Both the position numbers and the translations under genes were made by a program. This document shows positions 46,801-60,487 of a stretch of 64,000 nt of DNA, one piece after another (positions within the stretch are counted from its first letter, which is position 1; each line of letters opens with the position of its first letter). The notes beneath the pieces are model-generated. The model saw nothing but the letters and a program-made list of their open reading frames with translations, made no database searches and had not been told where the DNA came from. The DNA comes from Gordius albopunctatus (taxonomy: Eukaryota). Location of the stretch: positions 6,076,001 through 6,140,000 of the forward strand of contig OZ193909.1 of NCBI GenBank assembly GCA_964276515.1, written 5' to 3'.

Positions 46801-49800
46801 AAAGCACTTCATAGAAATTATGGATTGGAGTTATCCCGTTTAAAAAAGCTCACCTGGTTTTCTTATATTAAATTCGAAATCTAAAAAACATTCTAACGAG
46901 TTTGACATCGTATTCTACTAGCAGATCCTTAAGTTATTATTTTTGAAATGTGTTATCTCTATGGCAGTAATTCCCAAACTTTTCAGTCATCGTCCCCCTC
47001 AAAAATAAAAATGTTCTAACCCTCCCTTTACCAATATATAAAGAAAAATAGATTTTTTAATCAACTAATGCATTTGGTTTATACCATATTGCTAACAGTT
47101 ATAAATATAGCAGACAAATATTACCACAAACATGAAGGAAAATAATCTTTTGGTCAGATGGATGAGCTTGATAAATTGAGGCAAATTTGTCAGGCTAGAT
47201 ATTTGAAAGCTTTAGCCCTAAATCGTCCCTCAATAAAATGTTGAAGTTTATTAATTAATAGCTTCCACCTGCCCTGAAGCCTTTTCAGCTAGGTAGAAAG
47301 AATTAATAGGTAAAGATGTATGGCATAAAATTTACGAAATTTTTTACTTTTTTTATTTCTTATCATTTATTATTTTTATAAAAAAAATTACATATTTTGT
47401 GAAGGTGTGTTAAAAAATTAAATCAAAATTTAGGACATTTATTCAATATTATATGATTTGATATTCAGGATTAAATATTAATTAATAATATTTAATATAA
47501 AAATGTTGAATTTTTTATTTATACCAAACTAAATTAATTATTGCCCATTTGGAATCACCGTTTTAAGCCCTTAATGTAAGTCATTTATTCAACATTCCTA
47601 AGAAAATAGTCTAAAACTCCCAATAACTTCTAAGGTGACCTAAACAAGTTTAATCAAGTGAGTTAACTGTATTTATTTGAGATAATACAACCTGTTTTGG
47701 TATATAAAACCTCTGACTTAGTTAAATTTAATTCGAGAGCCTGGTATGGTTAATAAAATGCAATAAAAAGGTGGACACTCAATTTAATAGTTAGCCTTCT
47801 TCCTTAACATTTCCTAAACTGATTTTCAGAAAGCTTTTTTTTATTTAATAAAATGAATTGTAATATCCCTGTATTTAGATAAAAATATATAAAACTAAAA
47901 TAAAAATTCTCCCATGCTTTAAATTGCGAATTTCGAAGATTGGAAATTCTGGGTTAGTTTTTGATTTATGCTTCTGAAATCTAATTGATAACTTGAAAAT
48001 TAATTTGAGGGCCTAACCAAAAATAATTAAATTGGAAGGTTTTTAATTTTTTTTTTAGCTTTAAAAGCACTTAACAGGTAATTTATTAATGGTCGGTTCG
48101 ATAAATTTGTCACTTGATTGATTAAATTGCCTGTTAATTGTGATTATTTCTCATGATTTATACTAAAATGTAAATCATTTAATGTGATTAAAAAAATATT
48201 ACTTCTATGATCCATTTTTATACAAAAGAACCTTATAATATATTATTTAAATTTTATATTTGTATTTATTTGTAATAAACTGTGATATTAAGCCCCAATG
48301 CTTAAAATGAGATTGTCTTATGTTAATACCCTTCCCGCAATTGCAATAAATTTGTCTAACGATTATTTAATTTTCTTATATTTTTTAAAAAATTTTTAAA
48401 AGTATATAATCACATATGATAAAATTGTTAACAGTGGTAGAAAAATTGATTAAAATTACAATGTCATTTTTAATTTAAAATCTTTGACCTTCTTGTATAA
48501 GTTAGGATTAGTATTTATGGTTTTGAAATATATAGGATTGTCTCATTCAACATGTTTGCCTTCAATTGACTATTTAAATATTAAAAAAAATAATTAAAAT
48601 GATGAATAGGGGTAATTGTTATTATACAATGCAATTCAATGACTTTTAAAATTTTACTATTTGGTTCTAATTAAAAATGCGACTAAACTCATTTAGCCTT
48701 GTTAATTTATCATTGATATCGTAAAAAATAACTTAGGCAAAATTAAAAATATTAACATATACCAATTTTTAATTTCACAAAATTCTTTTTTACCTTTAAG
48801 TTCAAACATGTCTTTTAATATCATGAACGTATCCAGGGGGTGGCAGGAAGGGGCGGCTGCCCCCCTCTAAACCCAAAAATGGAATTATATTTTAGATATG
48901 ATGGCATTTCTTGCAGATAACATAACCGGTGTATGTATCATTTTCATTTAGAAGGTCAAAGTAACTCTAAATTTGACTTTTTCCATCTTCTTTTTTAACT
49001 TGTTGAAGCATATTTCTTTTAAATTTTTTTATTATTTCTTCCATGACGGTTTTTAATATGATAAACAATATTGTTGTATTTGCTAGCTGTTACGAATCCC
49101 AATTATTATTTCCAACACCCCCCCCCCATTATTTTTTCCCCTCAAGTCAGCATGACTCACACCATCTCGTCAACGGCAATACACATCCACCATGGAGATT
49201 GCTTCTAAGAAGGCAAGCTACATCATTAATGAATTGATTACCCGGAATCATGAGGGAAAGGAGCTACGCGTGTGCTTTAAGGAAAGGGGAGATTGTGATT
49301 GATGATTTTCGGAGTTGAGTTGAGATAGAAAGAGATGCGTGTGCTAAAAAGGAAACGGGAGATGCTGATTTTTCATTGACACTAGCTCCTTTCTTGCCAA
49401 ACAAGAAAGTCTAGCTAGGGAAATACTGATAAATATATTAGGGTAAGTAAGGTGAGAGATGGTATTGGGCATCTAAAATGGTAAAGTAAAAAAAGAATGC
49501 AAAGATAATTATGAAAAGGTATACTAAAAATTATTAATTTAATTAATTAGAACTTATTATTGTTTATTTTAAATTTGAAAATCCGATCCGAGTAAAATAA
49601 AATGTTGATCCGATCCGATCCGACTTCCAAAATTAAAAAGTTGATCCGTGAACACCTCTAATGTATGTATGTGTGTATGTATGTGGATAAGGGCTAAATT
49701 CAGAAACTACCGTCCCGATTCGCGCGAAAATTTAGCCCTAGATGCCCAGGGCGGTCATGGGTAAAATAGCCTTTTCACATTCCTAAAATACCTTTTAGTT

Positions 49801-52677
49801 TTAAAAATACAGGAAATTTCGCGGTTTTATACGTTTTCACGTTTAATAAAATTGTCCATCAAACGCAACCTCATGACGTACTGCATATCTATCGTGTTCT
49901 TTGAAAATTTGAATATACAGTTCTTTAATAAAAGTGTATCACTTATAGCATTTTCTGTAGTGTGATAAACTTTTTACGATTTTAAACATTAAATCAAAGT
50001 CATTTTTTTGCTTATTTTTCACGTCAATTATTATTACAGGACGGTCGTGTCCCCTCCTGCGTGGCTAAATAAATTAAAAAATCTCATTTTATCTGAAAAT
50101 ACTTTTAACAAAGTGCCAATAAATGTTGATATATCTCAGTTCTTCGAACCTCTAAGAAGGGCTCCGCCTCTAACTCCTAACAAGGTTATTATCCTCGGTT
50201 CTTTGGTGTTAGGTAGCGCCCCCGAGCCCCGTGTTGTTTTTTGTTGAGCCTTTAACCTAAACTCTTCTACACTTCATTGAAAAACATTTCATTTGATGTG
50301 AAATTTAAGCAGGGGAGAAAAACGGACTTTAATGTTTGAAGGCTTGGCTACGTCCATGCTTATACCGGTTGCTTTAAGTTTTTATGAATTATCTGAACAC
50401 ACTAATAGCTTATTGACCAAAGTAAGGCTTGTGGGCAATGCTTTTTTACGACCCCTCATAATATCTCAGTTTTTAATGCTGTATATCTTGGCATATTTTA
50501 AACAAAAAGGAGGAATTGCTTAGGAAGTTAGGGGATATTCGCATGTTTCGGAAATAACCGAGATTAATGATATTGCTCCAAGCTCGATTCTGCCGCAAAA
50601 ATAAAAATGGCTTTTCGCCTCGGGTCGGACTACTCATACAAATTAAAGTAAGACAGTGGTCATCTTATGGAGCATTTTAAACCTGGACTGTGGATTATTA
50701 AAATAATTAAATAAAGATAAAATACATGTGAACAACAAAGTGAGTTAAAAAAACCTTATTTTTTGTCGAACTTGACATTATGATAATAAATTAAATAAGG
50801 AATTAAAAATCGATTAATAAGCATCGGCATTAAACACCAGGGAAAGAAAGATTATAAAAGCCACAGAGATGAGAATTCTACGGTGGAGCTTGGGGTTAAC
50901 TAAGCTCTACCATATGACGAATGACTTTCTCATGACAAAAATGAATATTCAACCTATGGCGGACATGATTAACGAAAATCGGTTAAGGGGGTATGAAGAT
51001 ATACTAAGGGGGACACGAATAACCTAAATCGAAAAGTACTGCACATGGAGGTGCTGGAGAAGAGAGGAAGAGGATGACTCCGTGTCACATGGAGCGGGCA
51101 AGGCGACAAAGTTATGAAAACTAAAGAGTAGTCAAGACATGGCACTGACCCGGTCGACCGTGGGATCAAATAACTGATAAAGAAGAGGAAGATTCAAACA
51201 AAGGCTTCACCCCTGTACCCCGGCTGGGGCTGCCCCTCTAAACCTTACTCAAGGGTCTGCCCCTTAAACCCCTGTCGACTTGCTGTCTTTGTGTGGCCTT
51301 ATTAGGCTCTTCTAAACGCGTATGGGAGCATTCATTTGCTATGCAATTTAAGTATTAGTAAAAATTAATGGAGGGCAAATTGAGGGTAGAGGGTCGGGCT
51401 ACGTCTATAATGGTACCTGTTGGCTTAAACTACACAATATATCAGCAAAACATGATAACAATGAGACCATATTGCAATAAAGCTCGGTTGGCGGCCAATG
51501 ATATACCTAAAGTTTCTAAGCTGATGTAAGCAGAATTGTAGTTTTTCCAAATAAGTAAAAAGTTGGAAGCGCTAAAATATGTTCATTCAGGCGCAAAAAT
51601 AAAACAGATTTTTAGGGCGGGTTGGGGTTTTGATTGAAGTCCGAAAACGGCCATTTGCCAGAATCGTGATTTGCGGTAGGACCAAAAAAAGTTTTAACAC
51701 CTTTAATAAAAAAATATACCTGTGGCAATTTACAAATTAAATAATTCTTTAGACATGTATTAATTTATTTGACAGTATATTTATTTAGGCAAAGTGTGTA
51801 AAGCAAAGCAATAAAAAATTTGATGTTAAGTATACTATGCTTTATGTGTTTATATTTTGTATTTAGTGTGTTAATTCTTCTTCCTACATTAAGTTCGTGA
51901 ATTATTTCCCATAGGACAATTATATTTTAATCGCTCAATATATGATCGAGGCATAACGATGAGCATGCACATCACTTATAGTATTTTCTAGAAATAATGT
52001 ATATATAGCAAAACAACGTTTGCCGGGTCAGCTAGTTATAATATAAAAATTAGGTCAATCAACCAACAAAAATTTCCAAATTGATTGATATTATTTTAAT
52101 AACTATATTTATTTAGAAAATCGTTTTTAAAAATAACGTAGACCATTGGGTCATAGCCAGAACCTGTCTAGCTCAATGTGAAGAAACGGAAGATGGTAAT
52201 AATACAAAATATATTAAAAATATACACTTATAAATAAAATGCCAATAATGAGCTAGGCATTAAAGTATATTTCTTTGTCCTCATCCTCACTATCTTACTT
52301 TCTTTTGAGGCCTGTTAAATAATTAATTACTTATTAAAAACTCATAAATATTTAAAATTATGTATCGTGCAAATTGAATAATAATAATAATAAACTATTA
52401 TTCAATATCTAAAAACTCCACCACTGATATTAAATTTGAATTTATTGATTTATAGGTTTCAGACTGTTTAAAATCTTTTATAAATTTTTTTATGAATGAA
52501 TATATTTTTCATTAATGTTATTTGAAATTGCTATTAGAAGAGGTGAAACTCTATTGCTGCACTGATAAAGACAAATGCAATCGTTCCAGCTTAATAACAA
52601 GCGGTCATCTTTTAATTTTACCTAGTTTGTGTTTTACATACTTTAGATATATGATGTCACTTGATAATTTTTTATGA
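43833..52677 (+). CDS. Ly6/uPAR (three-finger, Quiver/Sleepless-like) GPI-anchored protein; 3 exons, ~193 aa
   Basis: Exons 43833-44195, 52117-52195 and 52538-52677 are phase-compatible. Signal-peptide-like N-terminus, LECYSC start, 10 cysteines ending in YCCTDKDKCN, and a hydrophobic GPI-signal-like tail (HLLILPSLCFTYF). AATAAA at 52680. An alternative upstream ATG lies at 43791. Confidence 0.82.
46100..46746 (+). mobile_element. Helitron-like element with an internal tandem repeat
   Basis: Four to five units of the ctgaccaat..tgacca..ccaaagtgt repeat. Block 46580-46660 matches 31560-31640. Ends in GC-rich gtcggaccaggcgcgaagccc followed by CTAG|T. Confidence 0.55.
46965..47560 (-). mobile_element. 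Buster/Charlie-type hAT remnant
   Basis: Ends CAGTAATTCCCAAA / TTTGGAATCACCG. Minus-strand remnant DDLGLKLSNI*PD..YQAHPS (47153-47228) resembles the Buster transposase C-terminus. Both 8-bp flanks have a central TA. A similar end lies at ~26384. Confidence 0.55.
49660..52035 (+). mobile_element. Composite Helitron-like element in the Ly6 gene intron
   Basis: TATG tract plus the same 5' module as 29780. 3' end AAAACAACGTTTGCCGGGTCAGCTAG|T. That the two ends belong to one element is inferred. Confidence 0.45.
50830..51190 (+). mobile_element. 5'-truncated RTE 3' fragment
   Basis: Matches 22965-23366 (catatgacgaatgactttctcatgacaaaaatg, ttcaacctatggcggacatgattaacgaa) and ends aagaagaggaaga. Confidence 0.85.
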
Positions 52678-53271
52678 CAAATAAATAAAATTATTTCCTA
52701 TACCATTGCATTTCAGTTAATAGCCATTTATTATATTTATATATAACACATATTATTTTATTCTATTCGATATCTAGGAGAATAATTAGGATTCTATTTC
52801 GTATTTTGTTAATAAAAATTTGTCCAGATTCTAACTTAATAATCTTTTAACTTTATGTTGGCATACGTACCTGTAACCAATTTTAATTTTGCGTTGATGC
52901 TAACTAAATCGATTTATTTTTTCAAATCCGCATTATTTAAAGTTTTTTTGAAATATTTGAGTATTTAAGAAAATTCTATCGAACATAATTTTGTTTGTAA
53001 GCTTACAAAATAACTGTACCCATCCCATATTTACAAAAAATTAATGTTAATTTAATAATAATAATCGATAATAATTGTGCTTTTTGCATACATCATCATT
53101 AAAAAAGGTGAAAGAAAATTTTTTTGTCTACTAAAAGATGTTTTATTTTAACAAATTAAAATTTTGGAAGAATATTTGCCAATTGCGGTTAGACATTTAA
53201 TATGCATTTAGCGAGACTTTCTTCTTTATTAGACGGTGTCTCATGACAATTATATCAGGAACGCATATTTG

Positions 53272-54233
53272 AAGGATCTTGTTTTTGAATTAACCTCTCA
53301 ATCAAATGATTTTTTAACGGAATTGGCCATATTGTCTTGGCATGAGAACGTCATACCAGGAACCAGCCTTCCAGAGTCGGTCAAACAACGAGATTGGGAT
53401 GCCAGTATATTATCGCGCTCCGTCGCTTACCTACTTTCGAGTTGTGATACTGTGCAGCATTTTAATCTCAGGTCACTTACGGCCGACTCTGGTCACGAAT
53501 GGCTTGCATGTATCCCAAGTAAACACTCAGGACTTTTGCTTTCAAATCCAGAAGTTTCGTATGCAATAGCTCTCCGCCTAGGTATTAAAGTTACCATTGG
53601 ATATCCCTGTAAAAATTGGAATAAGGAAATAGATATCTGGGCTCATCACCCACTTCATTGCAAGTTGAACAAATATCGCTTTATCCGACATCAAAATCCA
53701 ATCGGCTTTAAAAAAAGGCCGGCACTCCTTCCATCCTTGAACCATCCGATCCTTCTTTAGAAGGTAGAATGCGTCCCGACGGAGCTTCTATGATCCCCTG
53801 GGAGGATGGTAAGTTCCTAGCATGGGACTTTACCTGCATCGATATCTTCGCGCCAACTAATAATAATTATAACCCACTTTCTTGTGCCGAAGATCGCAAA
53901 ACACTCAAATACCGAGCCATTGCTCCTTCTAAGATTTTTATTCCAATAGTAACTTCCTGTTCGGCTACTTTTGGCAAAAAAGCATTAGCTTTTTTAAATC
54001 GCTAGGAAACAGATCCCCCAAAGCTAAATACTCACCCAGCTTTATTTTACGCCAAAAAATCGGCATTTTGATAGCTAAATATAATTACAAATCTTTATCT
54101 GACACTTGGCCCGTGTTGGCTATTGACGATTGTGACGAATAATATTTTTTTATTTATAATATTATTTTAAGTTCGTTTATTGTACATTTCATGTATCAAT
54201 TTTAGCGAATAAAAGCATTTTAACTCTTAAAAA
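53272..54233 (+). mobile_element. 5'-truncated CRE-clade non-LTR retrotransposon (RLE endonuclease C-terminus)
   Basis: Motifs WLACIPS..GLLL..AIALRLG, degenerate CCHC knuckle, RH, AGTPSILEP, RPDG..PW..GKFLAWDFTC, AEDRK..KY, FIPI. AATAAA at 54208-54213 and an A-tail. 24-bp TSD AATTATATCAGGAACGCATATTTG at 53248-53271 and 54234-54257. Confidence 0.85.
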
Positions 54234-54766
54234 AATTATATCAGGAACGCATATTTGGTCACCACGTCTCAGGGGTGGACTTTTATATAAGGCTGTACAT
54301 GCAATCGAAAAGTAAGAAACTTTACTAACATATTGTTAATTGATTAAATGTGCCACAGTTTCCTTTTATTCATTTTTCAAGAAATTTTCCTTAATCATTG
54401 AAGGACATACTTCATATAATTATATTTAAAAATTATTTGTTTGTAAATGTTTTTAATCATACCGTTCTTTCTAATAAATACCTAAAAACATTTTAATAAA
54501 TTAAAAATAAAATGTAAATTTATATAAATGGAAGGTTTCAAGTTAACTTAAATCATGTTTACACACTAATTAGGATACGTTGTAAGACTCTACATCGACA
54601 ATTTCCTGTGAAGATATTGAAAAATGGGGTCCCTACCCTTTGACCTTTATAAAATATTTCCGCCATCATGTTATTTTGCTCTAAATATTAAAAATCCATT
54701 TTAGAGCATACAGTTAATAATAGTTAATAAGCATTTTTAAATTAAAATTGTTATTTTGATGTGTTA

Positions 54767-57700
54767 ATGGATCGGATATTTAGTAGGATGATGGCAAGCA
54801 GATCAAAAATAACTTTCATCTTTGCCCCTTTGGCTATATTCTTATTATACTCATTGAACTATATTCTATACCAAAAATCGTTGGTTCAAAAACGTTTAAT
54901 TACCATTAAATTCAAAAGCAATAAGAAATCTATCCGAGATACTTCAAATATCCATTTAACACAATCTACAACTTCAAAGGTCATTCCAGTGGCCAATAAA
55001 ATAATTTTACTATGGACCATGTTTTATTATTCGAAAACGTGGAATTTAGAAAATACTGAAAATGTTTTCGATCATTGTGCATACAATAAATGCATTTTAT
55101 CGGTGGAAAAGAATGATTTTAATCGTTCAGACGCTCTTCTAATGCATTTTTGGAATTTTTTATTCGAGAAGTTACCCGCAACGCACCCGCCCGATCAAAT
55201 TTGGATATTTTATTTACTGGTAAAATTAATTGAAATTTGATTTTTGGACTATGACTTTTACCGTCAGTTTTTACATTTGGCCTATATTTTAAGGCTCGCA
55301 AGGCAAAAGAGGTGAGATTTAAGCTAAAAAGGAGGAGATTAATAAATTAAATGATGAAATGTGCAATTATATGTCTATGGCCTTTATTATGTTTAATTCA
55401 AATTTGAAGAATCGGGATATGATTTTCCTTATAAAACGAATCTAGTTTTTACAAAAAGTTATAAGATTTATTTTAATTGTGACTATTATTTTGACTTTAA
55501 TCACGGTTCATATTGTAGCTTTAAAATTTCGAAATTTTAATTCAAATTTGGTTGCAATCTTTTCGATAAAATCAGAATACGAAGCACTTATATAGAGGGT
55601 ATTTAAGCTATTTTACCTCCCTTCATACAATGTATGTTATTGCAAATGAATTATATATTGTACACTTACCTATAAAACCTAATTAAATTATAATTACGTA
55701 AAAAATTTAATATAGTCGAATATTTAAAAATAAATTTTTTACTTGACAAAAGTTAAATTCAAAATCTCTTTAATTTAAAATGAATCCATCTCAAATTAAT
55801 ATTTTAGGAGATGTAGTAGTTATTGCAAACAATATGCTTATACTAAAAAACTTGTTTAATCTATGAGAAATCAGTAGACTTGGCCTCACTTTTTAAAATT
55901 CTAAATCGATTTATTTAAGAAAATCAAATAATTTTTAGAATTTTTATATTTATATCACTCCCCCGATATTGCCAGGAATCGCCCCATTTTACTTGTGATA
56001 CCACGCTAAGGTCCGCAAATTGTTTACTCAAATCCTACAATGGAATCTTCAATTGGACAGCCACTTATTTATCTGAATCCGATATTCCTATACCTTACAT
56101 AGGTTACCACAAAAGTTCCAACAATAAATCGCAGTGGGTCGAGATTAATTACGCCGCGGGGAAAAACAAATTGGCCACAATATTTATTAGCAATTGCTTT
56201 GCCGTCAATTTTCGTTTAGGTCCATTAAAATTTGCTTAAGATTTACTGACTTTACAATAATATTAATCTTTAATTGCATAGCATATATATATATATAATT
56301 TTTAATAAAAGTTATCGAGAACCCCCGAATCCTGTCTTGTTAAATATATGCATGGGGTGATGTGAGCTAGAGTTAGGCATTCAGGCCTTACTCTTGCAAT
56401 TATAAAAGTAAGGTCCTTTATATGTTAAAAAAATTCTAACAACTTTAATCTATTGTTGCGTCCTATTACATATCTTGACCTAAACGTGCAAAAAAGTAGA
56501 TGCTAGTGCTGAGCAATAGATGATTAGGTTATATACCTAGCCGGGGGAGGGAAGAGAGGGGCAGCTGTCTATCTAGTAATTTAGAAATAATGTTTCTAAT
56601 AAATTTATAAATAAAATTTTTTTTATTAAATTATCAATTTGTCCCTCCTTAAATTATTTTTCATTTTTTTATCCGATTTCATGATTGAGTTGGATATTTT
56701 ACAGTAGAACCTTCATTGAATTTTAATAAACTAAATCTGCGGTACTTGAAGATATTTTTTTTTATTAGCAAATCATTAAAACGGGTAATGAATGTTATTA
56801 CATGCAGTTTGGAAACTTTTAGTACCAAGATGGGTTGGGTCTCAATTTGCAAAATTTTTACTTTCTTAGATTTTAGATCCTTATTAATTAACATTTAGTC
56901 TTTAAAATTTACATTGTTTTGTTAAAAATTTCACTCATTCAATGGCAAATTAATTGAGGTCTGTAAGTCATCGCGACAGTTTTTAACTTAGAAACGTAGG
57001 TAAAGTGTTTAATTATGAAGCTTTATACAGTTTAATCACCCACTTCCCCCCCCCTCATATAATCTAAAAACAATATTCTCTGAGTTTAAGGGCCGAAAGT
57101 TGAAAGGCGTTAGGCTTAAAAGTTCTTAAAATTCTAGTCCCTATTCTTATTTGTTATTTAGGCTAGAAAAACTTTTGCGCGGAATTAAATTTTTGTTTGC
57201 ACTCGTCACTTTTTAAATGAAATTTTCAATTTAAGTGTGAAGGGACCGGCCCTCCTTGTCTCACCTGTATGCGCTCATGCCTCGATTAATTTCTTATAGG
57301 AATATTTTACTATAACGGGAATTTCTTGAACATCATATAAATTAATATTAGGAGTGAATGCTTTTTTGAGGTTTAGTTTACAACAATAATTTAGTTTTTC
57401 ATTGATTATGATATTAAAATGTAAATTTATTAATAATAACGTTGTTAGATTATCTCGAAGAACTTAGGAATCTTCTGAATCCGCTGCAGTTAGATCGGTA
57501 CGGGGCATGCTACAATGAGACCAAATGCCCTTCCCATGATTTCGGTTGTGAAGCTGAACTGCTTAAGCCTTACAAATTTTATTTGGCTTTCGAGAATAGT
57601 AATTGTGTGGAATACGTTACAGAAAAAGTGGAAAGAGCTTTAAAGCATGGCCTAGTGCCAGTTGTATATGGAGCTAGATACGTGGATTATTTAGACAAAG

Positions 57701-58821
57701 TTCCTCCAGCATCATTTATTTACATTTCTTCGCCCTTAAACGAGGCGTACGTTAACTCGCTACCCCAAGGTTAGAACTTTAATTTTTTTATTAAAAAATA
57801 TGAAATAATACCTCTATTATTTTTTTAGGTTTGGTTTTATTTCATATAAGAAAAATGTGTTATTTTAAAATAAACAAGGAAATTACCCTGACCGAGCTAT
57901 TATATAAAATATTATTAAAAATTGTATCCCCATCGCTTTTAAGATAGGAAGCGATCTCTTTTTACCAAGATTCATACTTGTTTAAATTATTATTTATTAT
58001 AACTAAAAAGCCTTATATAATTTGTTTGATTATTATGTTAGTTTTTATTTAGGTAATTTTTGTTATTTAGCAATAAAGCATTTTGGATGGTTAAATTTGG
58101 GAGTTTGAGAGTACGAAAGAAATATACCAAATTCTAATTTTTAAAAAACTTATATATTTAACGTTCTAAAGGTTAAACATGAACAAAATAATAAAAAATT
58201 TTATCCTAGGCGCCATCGTTTAATTAATAATAAATTTCATCAAAATGGTGCCTTGAGATGCATTTTACTAAAGAATACGGCATAAACTAGGGATCAATTT
58301 AATTAGCCTTAATAAAAAAATTTAAAATAATTTTCTCTGCCCATTAACTAAATCAGAGAGCAATTTACAACATTTTAGGGATTTATAAACAGTTTTACTT
58401 TATTTAAATTATGAATCTTATCAATATTTTACTATCATACCATTTCCAATGTTTGTCACGTAAAAGAATAAGACTTTTAAATAAATATAAAAATTATAAC
58501 ATCTTCAGTCTGCTAATGATAACAATTTAATAATTTTTTAATTGAAAAGATTTACAAGAAGGAGCCAGAGCCCCGATTCATCATCCATATTTCAATTCTT
58601 CCAATTTTATCGATTTGGCCAAATATCTGAAGAAGCTGCACGCCGATCATAAGTTATACAATAATTATCACGCTTGGAGAAGGGATTATACTGCTGAACT
58701 GGGATCGGGCAATGAGAATTATCTTTGTCAAATATGTCGACATTTACATGTAGGCGACATTGCACCACAATCTTACCAAATTTCTAAATGGTGGCTTAAG
58801 GAAGAAGCTTGTTCTCCGTAA
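54767..58821 (+). CDS. Alpha-(1,3)-fucosyltransferase, glycosyltransferase family 10; 4 exons, ~429 aa
   Basis: Exons 54767-55219, 55976-56219, 57449-57769, 58550-58821 (1290 nt, in frame). Type II TM anchor, KIILLWT, QIWIFYLLESP, FNWTATY..SDIPIPY, FISNC, the alpha-1,3-FucT motif YKFYLAFENSNCVEYVTEK, VPVVYG and YNNYHAWR. Confidence 0.93.
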
Positions 58822-60487
58822 CATCTAATGGACAGGAGTAGTTCTCAATTTAATTAAGATACGTGCACGCTTGATTTAGTTTCCCATAAATTTTATTATT
58901 TAATATCTATGATAAATTTGCTTAGGCTAGGCTTATAAATGATATCTGTTGTAGTGTAGATAAATCATTAGATTTATCCCTCGATGGAATACCGGTTTTT
59001 TTAAATTTAAAAGAGTATTACGGAGAGACAATATACGTCCACGAGGGATTATTTTTCAAACGTAACAAACAAATGAAACTTGATTGCGAAGTTTTAATGA
59101 TTCAGTTACACAATTTTAAAGTGCTACATTCTTAACGTTACATTTATTACTTAAACAGAATAACCTCTTATCCTAAAAATATATTCCCATTTTGATGATA
59201 TAATAAGCTTCAACACTATAGCCACGGTCGAGTCACCTATTTGAATTTTAAACTTTATAAATAACAACTTTATTGTATCGCCATAAAACTTCACAACTTT
59301 TGTAATTATAGATATATCTGTCAAATATTTTTCTCAATCCCTGGAAAGAGGTCACATTAGATCTTGTCCACCACGAGCGGTCATTTAATCACTGATTTTA
59401 ATTATTTTTTATTCGGTTTTATTTAAATTTATGACTAAATTGTTTGTATAATAATCCCCTAAATGTTAGACATCTCAAGCATATTAGTTAATCATACAAG
59501 GTAAATATTATCGTCATAGATTGTTTAGTAGGAGAAATTTTTTATATTGATGATGAACATTACACAAGATTTTAAGATAGCACAAAGAAATACCATAAAT
59601 TTATTATAAAATGCCAGTTTTTTTCACTAAATTGCCCATCGAATGCCTCTTAGGACTTGATTTTCTTTGCCAGTATATGTCCCAATACTTGTTTCGCAAA
59701 ATTTTTTTTGAATATATTATTCAAACAATTTAAATTATTACTTTTTTAATATAAGGCATTTCATTAACTTTTTGCATGTGACTTATAATCTATTTCAATT
59801 TATTCCTTACCCTAAATAATCTTTATATTATATTTATCATAAATTGGAAACTGGAGAGTTGACTGCTTAACACATCCTATCCTTTTAAAATCAAACAAAT
59901 GGAATACTTTTTATATTTGTTCTATAAAAGATGGCGGAAGAATACATTATTCAAAATTCATTTATTGTTTAGTAAATCGTTGGGATTAAATAAAAAATAT
60001 CAAAAGTAAATTTGATAGTGTTGCCCTATAATTTTTTGTTTATAGATATAAGGATCGTCTTCTTACTAACACTAAATTAAGGATAAAATTAAATTAGCAA
60101 TTATATGGTAACATAATATGTTTAAAAATTATCTCCCTACTTCCACCAAGAGGATATAATGGGTAGTCAATATTTATTAATGTAGGCATAGGACAGTTCG
60201 TGTTGATATGGATTATAAATACAGTTAGGTTACTAAAAGCCTTTTACATCCTGTGTTGTAATTTCTCACAAATCTAAGGCCACAAAACATTGAGGTACAG
60301 GCGCACAAATGTAACATGTATGCTTTTGAATTGGCAGATCTCAAATCACCATTGATGATTTACTCGATAAAAAGGTGGATAAAAAACATTCAAATCGCAC
60401 GCATATCGCGTAAATCTTGTAAATATATAAATTTTAAAATAATAAATTCATCGTATAGGTGGCGTTGGGGCATGGTTAATTTTAACG

